A program made the translations under genes and the position numbers. Under the pieces are notes generated by a model. The model ran no database searches, had not been told where the DNA came from, and worked only from the letters and a program-made list of their open reading frames with translations. Of a stretch of DNA of 64,000 nucleotides, positions 56,297 to 64,000 are shown one piece after another (positions within the stretch are counted from its first letter, which is position 1; every line of letters starts with the position of its first letter). Source of the DNA: Nitrospinales bacterium (lineage in GTDB: Bacteria > Nitrospinota > Nitrospinia > Nitrospinales > VA-1); the NCBI GenBank assembly GCA_965223795.1, contig CBDCXL010000002.1, positions 256,001-320,000 of the forward strand. The letters run 5' to 3'.

Positions 56297-56497
56297 ATGA
56301 ATTGGTCCCATTCTTTCTACGAATCTCTGGATGAACATGTGGATTTCGCGGGCAACGAATTTTACGGATGCGCGGAGCGCGATGACAGTTACTGCGGCGA
56401 GGTCTGCCCCTCTCCCTGCTATCTGGGTGGTGAAGGTTGCGATTCGCAACCCGACGCAGGCGAGCGGTTTTCCCGGCTCCTGAGTGGAGAGCTGTGA
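56297..56497 (+). CDS. Small acidic Cys-rich protein (66 aa)
   Basis: Perfect AGGAGG SD 7 nt before the ATG; five Cys residues. Confidence 0.5.
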   Translation: MNWSHSFYESLDEHVDFAGNEFYGCAERDDSYCGEVCPSPCYLGGEGCDSQPDAGERFSRLLSGEL

Positions 56498-56507
56498 GGA
56501 ACCGGTC

Positions 56508-56720
56508 ATGGCCACGTTGATTTCTCATCCAAAGCGCGTGCATCTGGACCTCAGCGTTCCAGCGGTCAGGATGTTCGATGGAAAAATCAAGGTTGCGGGC
56601 GCGGCGCCGCGGCAGGATGCGCCTGCGGTGCGCCGGAGGGGAACCCCCCGTTCAGAATGCAGGTTTCCGGCTTTTTTGAGGATGCTGCTGTTCTTCTTCG
56701 TGCAACTGCATATGTTTTGA
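56508..56720 (+). CDS. Small basic protein with hydrophobic C-terminus
   Basis: GAGGA SD overlapping the previous stop codon. Confidence 0.4.
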   Translation: MATLISHPKRVHLDLSVPAVRMFDGKIKVAGAAPRQDAPAVRRRGTPRSECRFPAFLRMLLFFFVQLHMF

Positions 56721-56847
56721 GCGCGGCTTCATTGCACCGCACGCATCGCATCATAACAGTTGAATTTTAAAAAGAAAATTATTTTTTCGGTGAGTATACC
56801 GAGTGCTTTTTTACCCGATAATTTGAACAACCGCACTCGCAAAAAAA

Positions 56848-57945
56848 CTATCTGGGTCCGGCGTCACCGAAGCGGCGGTTGAAGCGGTTCACCGCCTGGA
56901 TCTCTCCGTATTTGGCGAAATCGTTGTAGAACTCCACCCACTGGGATTCGCCGATCTTTTTATTCTCCACTTCGATCTGTGTCATCTTGAGCAGGTTCTG
57001 TTTTTTGCCTTCGATGGCGTTCAGCCCTTCCTCGCCGCTGCCGCCGTACACCAGCTCATACACGTTGCGCTGCACCAGCACGCCGAGTAGCTTTTCGATG
57101 ATGGTGCTGGAACGGTCTTCCATTTTCTGGCCGAGCAGGAAGCATTCCTTGAGGAAATCTCCGGACAGGCCCTCCACGCTTTTACCGCCGCACATGTCCT
57201 TGAAGTAGCTGAACTGCACGTTGTTCACCATGTTGCCGAAAGCGAAGTAGTTGGCGAGGTAGTCGCCGTAGCCCAGTTTCTGCGAGGTGGCGCGCGATTC
57301 GTTGAACAGCGGCAGCACGTAGCTTTCGTATTTTTCCAGGGCGTTGCCCTGTCTGAGATAATCCGCGGCGGCATCCACGTTGCCGCGCTGGTGCTCGATC
57401 ACCGCCATCTGGTACCAGGGCAGCGCGTTTTCCGGGTCGGCGATGGCGAAGGACTGCATGAGCACCTGCTTGCCGTGGCAGAACGGCGGCACGGCATTGT
57501 CCTCCTGCTCGCAGATGAAGCAGTGGATGATGGCGGACGCCAGGATCAACGGATCGTTGCGGTCGGCTTCCAGAGCCAGCCGGAACAGATCGTTCTGCAG
57601 CTCGGAATCTCCGGCCTCCTGCGAGGCCGCGACGAGAAGGTCGCGCGGCGTTCCGGTCTCGATCAAGCGCTGCATATTCGCGGTGGAATAGCGCAGCCGG
57701 TTTTCGATGGACGCGGACACGTGCATCCACTCTTCCGTGAAGGGTTCGAGCCGGTTGAGCGTTTCGATCTCTTCAAACGTGGGCAGCGCGGGGGACCCGT
57801 TCCCGGCAAGGGTCGTTCCGCCTTCAGGATTCCCTACCTGCGTGATGGTGCCCGTTCGTGCGTAGGATTCCGAATCGGCCGTCACAAGGCCGGGAAATAC
57901 GAGGCATTGGAGCAGCAAAACAGCGGTCGCCAGACGTCGTCTCAT
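56848..57945 (-). CDS. Hypothetical exported alpha-helical protein
   Basis: Signal-like N-terminus, TPR-like DPENALPW segment, several Cys, coding-type codon bias. Confidence 0.75.
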   Translation of the reverse strand: MRRRLATAVLLLQCLVFPGLVTADSESYARTGTITQVGNPEGGTTLAGNGSPALPTFEEIETLNRLEPFTEEWMHVSASIENRLRYSTANMQRLIETGTPRDLLVAASQEAGDSELQNDLFRLALEADRNDPLILASAIIHCFICEQEDNAVPPFCHGKQVLMQSFAIADPENALPWYQMAVIEHQRGNVDAAADYLRQGNALEKYESYVLPLFNESRATSQKLGYGDYLANYFAFGNMVNNVQFSYFKDMCGGKSVEGLSGDFLKECFLLGQKMEDRSSTIIEKLLGVLVQRNVYELVYGGSGEEGLNAIEGKKQNLLKMTQIEVENKKIGESQWVEFYNDFAKYGEIQAVNRFNRRFGDAGPR

Positions 57946-57986
57946 GGTTTTCTCGCTTTTTTTCAAGGGTTTATTGAGTAATGAAG

Positions 57987-58002
57987 AGCAAACCCTGTGC
58001 CA
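57987..58002 (-). promoter_or_regulatory. Putative sigma54 -24/-12 promoter
   Basis: Consensus TGGCAC-AGGGT-TTGCT on the minus strand, about 40 bp upstream of ATG 57945. Confidence 0.7.
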
Positions 58003-58181
58003 AACGAAATACCTTGAAAAACCGCCGTTTCGCTCCGGGCAGGACTTGGACGTGATGGCTTAAAGTATGATTTTTCAGACAGTTGACGCGATATGTCCGA
58101 TCGGGCGCATCGGGGCGGGAGAACAGATGCGGATTATCCGAATTGCCGCATTCCAGAGCCAGGAATAAAAAAACTCCTTAT

Positions 58182-58237
58182 GTCACCCTGAGCTTTTCGA
58201 AGGGTGCACAGTCATGCTTCGACAAGCTCAGCATGAC
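58182..58237. repeat. REP-like palindrome, near-identical inverted copy of 45684-45741
   Basis: GTCACCCTGAGCTTTTCGAAGGGTGC...TCATGCTTCGACAAGCTCAGCATGAC. Confidence 0.8.
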
Positions 58238-58443
58238 GAGCTAAAAACGTAGACAAAGGTCTCCGGGTGTGGGGAAGGGACGCCCGGGGAATGGAAACTG
58301 GTTTCGTAGGTGGGGGTTTTGTTCGGGAAAAAGGTGCTGATTCCCCACCAGAGCAGAGCGAGAGCCGCGATCAGGGCCACGGCGATTTGCAGCCAGACCG
58401 GTGCCGGCGATTTGCCGCCGCCGTTGGACGATTCGTTCACCAC
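58228..58443 (-). CDS. Small single-TM protein
   Basis: GGAG SD; overlaps the upstream gene; one TM helix; stop codon lies inside the REP-like palindrome. Confidence 0.55.
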   Translation of the reverse strand: MVNESSNGGGKSPAPVWLQIAVALIAALALLWWGISTFFPNKTPTYETSFHSPGVPSPHPETFVYVFSSSC

Positions 58444-58817
58444 AATTCTCCGTTATAGGAAGGTTCGGGACGCAGCATTGTTTCAGTTTCCGCGCCGGTT
58501 TGAAGTTGACGGACCAGGCGCTCGTCCAGGTCCTGCAACTGGTGGATCACCTGCGAGAACTCGACGATCAGGGCGCCGACGCTTTCCTGGTCGCGGGGAT
58601 CGAGTTCGCCGCCCGCCTGCATCAGGCCTCCAAGACCCGCCAGGGCGCGGCCGAACCAGCGCCGCGCCGACTTGATCTCGCGCAGGCGCTCAAGTGCTTC
58701 GTCTTTCCCGCCTGCACCGGTAAGACGAACGCGGGTTTCTTCCGCCACGCGCATCCAGGTTGTGATGGGCCCCTTAAGATCCGGCTTAGATTCTGTGGAT
58801 GATTCCGGTTCGATCAT
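58437..58817 (-). CDS. Hypothetical helical protein
   Basis: Start MIEPES just after the upstream gene; fits a co-directional cluster. Confidence 0.55.
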   Translation of the reverse strand: MIEPESSTESKPDLKGPITTWMRVAEETRVRLTGAGGKDEALERLREIKSARRWFGRALAGLGGLMQAGGELDPRDQESVGALIVEFSQVIHQLQDLDERLVRQLQTGAETETMLRPEPSYNGELW

Positions 58818-58845
58818 GCGTTTTTCCCGGCTCCAGTCCGCACAC

Positions 58846-59499
58846 TCAATAGGACCGGCGCACTTCGAATTTTTTGTCGAGGATTTCCTTTTTCGCGGCC
58901 TTCGCGAGCGCCTGCAATCCCGCGAGCGCCTGCGCCCCGGCCGCTTCGGGTTCGGGCGCAGCGCCTGCACTGACTTTAAGAAACCGTTCATCAGAAGGAA
59001 GCGCCAGCATGCGGTTCTGTTTCGTGAGATACACCAGCCCGCGTGTGTGAAAGGTCCATTTTTCGTCCCCGGCCCGGATCTCACGCCTGTAGATCAAAAG
59101 CATGTCTTCCTTGAACTCTTTGGCCAGCTCCCTGAGCACCGGGCGGGTGACGGGGCCGCGCACGGCGTCTCCCAGCGTCGCGGGGTTGATGCGCACCGGG
59201 TCCGCCTTGGCCAGGGTGGACTTGACCGCCTCCGGATCTTCGAGCACCGCGTTCAACGCGTCCACCTGCGGGGACGGTGCAGTGCCGTCGTCGAATTTTT
59301 TCTGCTCCCCTGCAAAAAAGAAAAACCGTCCCTGCTGCGGACGGTTTTCGAGGACTTTCATCGACTTGGGAAACACCAGGCCTTTAATGGACAGGTCGGA
59401 TTTCTTCTTCAGCAACAGGTCGTCGTACGCGCCTGCGGAATGCGCGGCGGCGAACAGCGCGATGACCAAGGCCAAAACAACGATCCAGTTTTTTTTCAT
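58846..59499 (-). CDS. Hypothetical exported protein
   Basis: GAGGAAGG SD; classic signal peptide MKKNWIVVLAL...AGA. Confidence 0.75.
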   Translation of the reverse strand: MKKNWIVVLALVIALFAAAHSAGAYDDLLLKKKSDLSIKGLVFPKSMKVLENRPQQGRFFFFAGEQKKFDDGTAPSPQVDALNAVLEDPEAVKSTLAKADPVRINPATLGDAVRGPVTRPVLRELAKEFKEDMLLIYRREIRAGDEKWTFHTRGLVYLTKQNRMLALPSDERFLKVSAGAAPEPEAAGAQALAGLQALAKAAKKEILDKKFEVRRSY

Positions 59500-59683
59500 G
59501 GCTGCCTTCCTCAAGGGTCAATGATCCGCGGCGCTTCGGAACGTTCCAGGCAGTGTCGCCCTAATAGGCGCATCCTCATTTGTGGCAATCCATCGATGTG
59601 GAGTAATATGGGTATCATATCAGACCGTCTTGCGGAAGCAAAGAACCGCTTGATCGAAGCGGGAGTTCATTCAGGATTTCATC

Positions 59684-60475
59684 GTGCCGCCATCTTCAAA
59701 CATCGTGCTCATCACGGGCAGCGCCGCGCGCCACCGCTATTTTGTGGACTGTCTAAACGCGAAGTTTCGCATCGCGGCGGTTTGGACGGAAGCGTTCCCC
59801 TACCCCGCTCCCGTTTTCGCATCGCGCGAGGAACGGGAGGCCTGGGACTGGTACTTTTCGCGCCGCGAAGCACACGAAGCGCGCATCCTCAAAAGCGGAC
59901 GGATGGGTCCCGCACTCAACGAACCGGAACGCCACGCGCTCACATCCGGAGAACTCAACGCGCCGCAAACACTGGAGGCGGTCGCGGCCCTGCAGCCGGG
60001 CTTCATCGCCCTGTTCGGAACCAGCCTTGTGGGTCCGGCGTTTCGCCATCGCTTCCCGGACCGGATTCACAACCTGCATGTGGGAAGGCCGGCGCACTAC
60101 CGGGGCTCCTCCTGCAATTTCTGGCCGATCCACGACAGCCGGCTCGAATGCCTGGGAGCCTCGGTGCACCGGGTCGATGCGGGCATCGATACCGGCGCGG
60201 TGCTGGCGGAATCGGCCATCGCCCTGGAAGAATCGGACGATGAACAAACGTTGAGCGCCAAGCCGTGGGTGCGGGGAACGGAACTGATGGCGGAGGTGAT
60301 CGCGCAGTGGCTTACGGGAAAGACTCTGAACGCGCTGCCGCAAAGCGCAAAAGGCAGGCTTTGCCGGATGCAGGATTTCACGCCGCAGGCGGTGCTGAAA
60401 GTGAGACGGAGGGTGGAATCGGGTGGATTGAAACAGGAAATCGCCGCCTGTCTCAGAGCGGGAAAGGCAGACTGA
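59684..60475 (+). CDS. Formyltransferase family protein (GART/Fmt-like N-domain)
   Basis: NLH.G....YRG, VH.VDAGIDTGAVL motifs. Confidence 0.85.
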   Translation: MPPSSNIVLITGSAARHRYFVDCLNAKFRIAAVWTEAFPYPAPVFASREEREAWDWYFSRREAHEARILKSGRMGPALNEPERHALTSGELNAPQTLEAVAALQPGFIALFGTSLVGPAFRHRFPDRIHNLHVGRPAHYRGSSCNFWPIHDSRLECLGASVHRVDAGIDTGAVLAESAIALEESDDEQTLSAKPWVRGTELMAEVIAQWLTGKTLNALPQSAKGRLCRMQDFTPQAVLKVRRRVESGGLKQEIAACLRAGKAD

Positions 60476-60486
60476 CGGAACGGGTC

Positions 60487-61521
60487 TCAGCCGTTGCGGA
60501 CCAGGCGGACGCTCATGGTGACGTTGTTGTAGTTTTTCATCTCGGTTTTGCTGAACCCGCCGACGAAAAAGAACAGCTTGGCGGAGTCGAGCCCCACCTC
60601 TTCCTGGGTCCAGTAGGCGTAGCCGCCCCCCGGCTCGAAGGCCTCGGGATAACCCAGCGGCACACTTTTCTTGCGGTCAAAAGCCTGCTGCTTGCTCTGG
60701 GGATCGTAGCTGGACTGGTACTCGTCCGGCGTGGGAATTCTCCAGTCGGCGAAGCCGCCGTAACGCTCGCGGTTCATTTTCTTAGCCCAGTCCATCGCTT
60801 CCTGCCAGCTGTCCGGCTGGCGTCTCTCGATGTTTCTGAAGTCCCGCGTCATCCAGATGAGGTTGTGTTTGGGGTCGAGCGCGGTGCCGTTTTCGTACAG
60901 CTCCCAGCCGTTGACGATCGTTCTTTCTGCGCGGATGGACCGGTTCAACTGCCAGGCTTTGAAGAATTCAAACAGCGCGAATCCCGCGACCAGAACCAGA
61001 ATCGCCACCACCAGATACTTGCGCGTCTTGTTCAGGCTGTCGATTTTTGAATCGAGCTGTTTGGAGGCATCGGCCAGCTCGGCTTTTTCCTGATTGAGCT
61101 TGCCGCACTCGCCTTCCAGGGCCTTGAGCTTGAGATTTTTCTCGTAGCGCTCGATCCCGGCCTGGATGGTTTTCTGCACCAGCTTGAAATCCAGCGGTTT
61201 TTTCAGATAGCGGAAAGCCTCGCCCTTGTTGACGATGTCCTCGATGAGCTGGGCGTCGTAATACGCCGTCATGAGAATGCGCACGGTTTCCGGGCAGATG
61301 GCTTTCAACTTCTTGAAAAACTCGGTCCCCTTCATGCTGGGCATGCGGTTGTCCGAAATCACGACGGAAAAAGGCCCCTTATCCTCCAGCATGCCCAGCG
61401 CCTCATCGACGTTACCGGTGGTCACCACTTCGTAGTTTTGACCGGCCAGCATCTTGCGGGCAACGGTGAGAATCTTCTTCTCGTCATCGACGATCATCAC
61501 TCTCGCTTTTGCAGCTGCCAT
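60487..61521 (-). CDS. Response-regulator receiver fused via coiled coil and TM helix to a DUF1566/Lcl-like domain
   Basis: IVDDE, ISDNRMP, MTAY, LKKP; TM YLVVAILVLVAGFALF; NGT.LD...NLIW, GF.DWRIPT..E, SVRLVR. Confidence 0.85.
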   Translation of the reverse strand: MAAAKARVMIVDDEKKILTVARKMLAGQNYEVVTTGNVDEALGMLEDKGPFSVVISDNRMPSMKGTEFFKKLKAICPETVRILMTAYYDAQLIEDIVNKGEAFRYLKKPLDFKLVQKTIQAGIERYEKNLKLKALEGECGKLNQEKAELADASKQLDSKIDSLNKTRKYLVVAILVLVAGFALFEFFKAWQLNRSIRAERTIVNGWELYENGTALDPKHNLIWMTRDFRNIERRQPDSWQEAMDWAKKMNRERYGGFADWRIPTPDEYQSSYDPQSKQQAFDRKKSVPLGYPEAFEPGGGYAYWTQEEVGLDSAKLFFFVGGFSKTEMKNYNNVTMSVRLVRNG

Positions 61522-61685
61522 GTACCTGTGATCCTGAAAATTGTTAATCCGTTAAAATCCAGCGTTCGCCCTTGAAAAATTCGTCCGATGCTTTGGGATC
61601 GTCTGCAACAAATTCATAAAAAGAATGTTACTGTTAATATAGTACAAAGAAGGAAACTCTATGTAAAGTATTAAATTCCTGCGGA

Positions 61686-63983
61686 TTATCTGCCCTTCCC
61701 GGAAGCGGATTTCGCGCCGATCAGCTCACGGATTTTACCCAGAAGCTCGATACGGGTGTAATCCCCTTTCTGGAATACGTGATCGACTTCCAGGTCCAGC
61801 CTTTCCAGCTCGGGCTTGGAGAGTTCTTTGGCGGTGAGAACGATGACGGGGATGTCCTTTTTCAGCCCGTTGCCGTGAAAATGGGACAGAAATTCGAAGC
61901 CGTTGAATTCGGGCATGACCAGATCGAGCAGGATCAGTTCCGGGTTTTCGGATTCCAGGATTTTCAGCGCCGAGCCGCCGTCGAGCGCTTCCATCACCTT
62001 CCACCCTTCCTTGTTCAGCAGCCGCGACAGAGCGCCTCGGTTGGTCAGATCGTCTTCGACCACGAGGATCGTGTGGGACGCGACCGGCGCTCCTTTCATC
62101 CTGAGAATCGCGCCGATGAAATGATCCCAGTCGAGGGGCTTGGTCATGAATTCCGTGGCGCCGCTCTGCATGGCTTTTTCCCGTTCGTCGAGCATGGTGA
62201 GCATCATGACGGGAATCGGCGCCAGGTCCGGATCGCTTTTCAGCTGCGCCAGCACCGCCCAGCCGTCCATTTCCGGCATCATCACGTCGAGAGTGATGAC
62301 GTCGGGTTTCGTTTCCCTGGCTTTGCGCAGCCCTTCGAGACCGTTTTCGGCGGTGTCCACGATGAACCCGGCTTTTTCAAGAAAGCGCTCGATGAGATCG
62401 CGGATGGCCGGGTCGTCGTCCACGGCGAGGACGCGGATGCCGTTGCTCGGCAGGGTCACGGATGATTCGCGGGACCGTTCCGCCGCTTTCGGGGGTTCGG
62501 GTGCGGACGGGCTTTGCGGATGTTCCTCCGCCACGCTGCTGTCAGCCATTTCGGGCACATCGCCGGAGGGGACGCCCGGTTGCGTCGCGTCGGCGGGAAG
62601 CGTGACGGTGAAAACGGATCCCTTGCCCAGTTCGCTGTTGACTTCGATGTCGCCGCCGAGGATCTGACACAGCCTGCGGCTGATCGCCAGCCCCAGTCCA
62701 GTGCCGCCGTACTTGCGCGTGGTGGCGGGTTCGCCCTGGGTGAATTCGAGAAACAGGCTGGATATATTTTCCGGACGGATGCCGATGCCGGTGTCGCTCA
62801 CCGCGAACACGACGCTGTCCGTTCCGGAACCGCCGCGGCTCGAAACCTTGAGGGTGATCATTCCGTCCTCGGTGAACTTGCAGGCGTTGCTGAGCAGGTT
62901 CAACAGCACCTGCCGCAGCCGGGCCTGGTCGGAAAACATCGATTCGACCGATCCCTGGTAAGTCACGTTGAGGGTGTTGCGGTTCTTGCGCGCCAGCGGG
63001 CGGATGGTGGCCATCACATCCTCGATCATGGTGTTGACGCGGAAGGACTCGAAGTCGACTTCCATCATGCCGGCCTGGATTTTGGAAAGGTCCAGGATGT
63101 CGTTGAGCAGCACCAGAAGGTGATTGCCCGAGGATTCGATCGACTTGAGGTCGTCGCAGTACTCCTGCCGGCCGAGTTTTTTCAATTCGTATTGCAAAAT
63201 CTCGCAGTAGCCCAAAATGGCGTTCAACGGCGTGCGGAATTCATGGCTGATGTTGGCGATGAAATCGCTCTTCACCCGCGCCGCGGCTTCGGCTTCCTCC
63301 TTCGCCACCATCAGCGACTCTTCGGCCAGCCTGCGGTAAGCGATTTCCTGCTTCAGCTCCTGGGTCTGCTTTTCCAGATCCTCGGTGCGCTTTTTAACGA
63401 TGCCTTCCAGGTTTCTGTTCTGGTCGGAGATCAATTTGTAGAGCGCCGCCGATTCCAGGGCGTGCGCGGTGTTCTGCAAAATGATGGACAGCGGATTGAG
63501 AATGGAATCGTTTATATTTTTGTCTTCCCGCTTGAGGATGCCCGCGAACATGCCGCGGACCCGGGTCTTGGTGGCCAGGACGTGCAGGATCAGCGATTTG
63601 CTGTACACCCTGGACCGCACCACAACGGGACGGTTCTGGTTGACCGCCCAGGAAAACCCGCCGCTTTCGATCTGCTGGTTGATTTCGTTTTCGATGCGCG
63701 TTTTTTCTTCAGGCGGATCGACTTCGGAGACGACGAAATTGGAATCCTCCTCTTCCACCTGGAAAAACGCCATCACCTGAAAATCCAGCAGGCGCTTGAG
63801 GTGGTCGCGGGAAAGGAACAGGATGCGTGAAATATCGCACGCGAGGGTGGCGTCGTGCTGGGCTTCTCCGAGAGAGGCCAGCAGGTTCATGCCGTAGAGA
63901 TTGGACTGAGCCAGCTTCTCCAGATATTGAATCCGGACTTCAGGCTTGCGTCTGGGTTCGGCGGGTTCCCATTTTTTTACCAT
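61686..63983 (-). CDS. Cytoplasmic hybrid histidine kinase (GAF-like, HisKA, HATPase, two REC domains)
   Basis: ISHEFRTPLN, NLLSNACKFT, DTGIGI, GGTGLGLAI; REC motifs LDVMMP and LDLVMP. Confidence 0.93.
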   Translation of the reverse strand: MVKKWEPAEPRRKPEVRIQYLEKLAQSNLYGMNLLASLGEAQHDATLACDISRILFLSRDHLKRLLDFQVMAFFQVEEEDSNFVVSEVDPPEEKTRIENEINQQIESGGFSWAVNQNRPVVVRSRVYSKSLILHVLATKTRVRGMFAGILKREDKNINDSILNPLSIILQNTAHALESAALYKLISDQNRNLEGIVKKRTEDLEKQTQELKQEIAYRRLAEESLMVAKEEAEAAARVKSDFIANISHEFRTPLNAILGYCEILQYELKKLGRQEYCDDLKSIESSGNHLLVLLNDILDLSKIQAGMMEVDFESFRVNTMIEDVMATIRPLARKNRNTLNVTYQGSVESMFSDQARLRQVLLNLLSNACKFTEDGMITLKVSSRGGSGTDSVVFAVSDTGIGIRPENISSLFLEFTQGEPATTRKYGGTGLGLAISRRLCQILGGDIEVNSELGKGSVFTVTLPADATQPGVPSGDVPEMADSSVAEEHPQSPSAPEPPKAAERSRESSVTLPSNGIRVLAVDDDPAIRDLIERFLEKAGFIVDTAENGLEGLRKARETKPDVITLDVMMPEMDGWAVLAQLKSDPDLAPIPVMMLTMLDEREKAMQSGATEFMTKPLDWDHFIGAILRMKGAPVASHTILVVEDDLTNRGALSRLLNKEGWKVMEALDGGSALKILESENPELILLDLVMPEFNGFEFLSHFHGNGLKKDIPVIVLTAKELSKPELERLDLEVDHVFQKGDYTRIELLGKIRELIGAKSASGKGR

Positions 63984-64000
63984 GAACGCACCTAGATGAA

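Noticed and set aside
58672..60243. 523-aa plus-strand ORF
   Set aside because: It overlaps two opposite-strand genes and the formyltransferase in another frame; the sequence is Arg/Gly/Pro-rich and non-protein-like.

Overview
GC-rich bacterial window (host not determinable from sequence alone) dominated by an envelope/secretion island. Its core (19.5-44.2 kb) is a type VI secretion system with all 13 core genes, PAAR and a PpkA/PppA/Fha/TagF regulatory module; TssB resembles the Pseudomonas H1 (i3) type. No effector-immunity pair is visible inside the cluster. The cluster is bracketed by two exported clan-CD cysteine-protease modules, each near a DUF4384-like gene. On the left is a two-partner secretion pair whose TpsA has two TPS domains fused to TPR-CHAT. 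On the right is a secreted caspase fused to tandem FGE-sulfatase-like domains. An atypical chaperone-usher-like pilus operon with a sigma54-type promoter lies between the T6SS and the right module. Two apparent lesions were found by reading the DNA: a 123-bp AT-rich insertion separating the natural vgrG start from the rest of the gene, and a +1 frameshift in the LysM-TPR gene downstream of ppkA. Other content: a partial TonB-dependent receptor, two histidine kinases, a REC-TM-lectin-like protein, pentapeptide and TPR repeat proteins, an AT-rich orphan ORF with ADP-ribosyltransferase/TNT-like motifs, REP/MITE-like palindromes and small ORFs. No rRNA, tRNA, CRISPR array, integrase or transposase was recognised. 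All family assignments come from motif recognition, not database searches.
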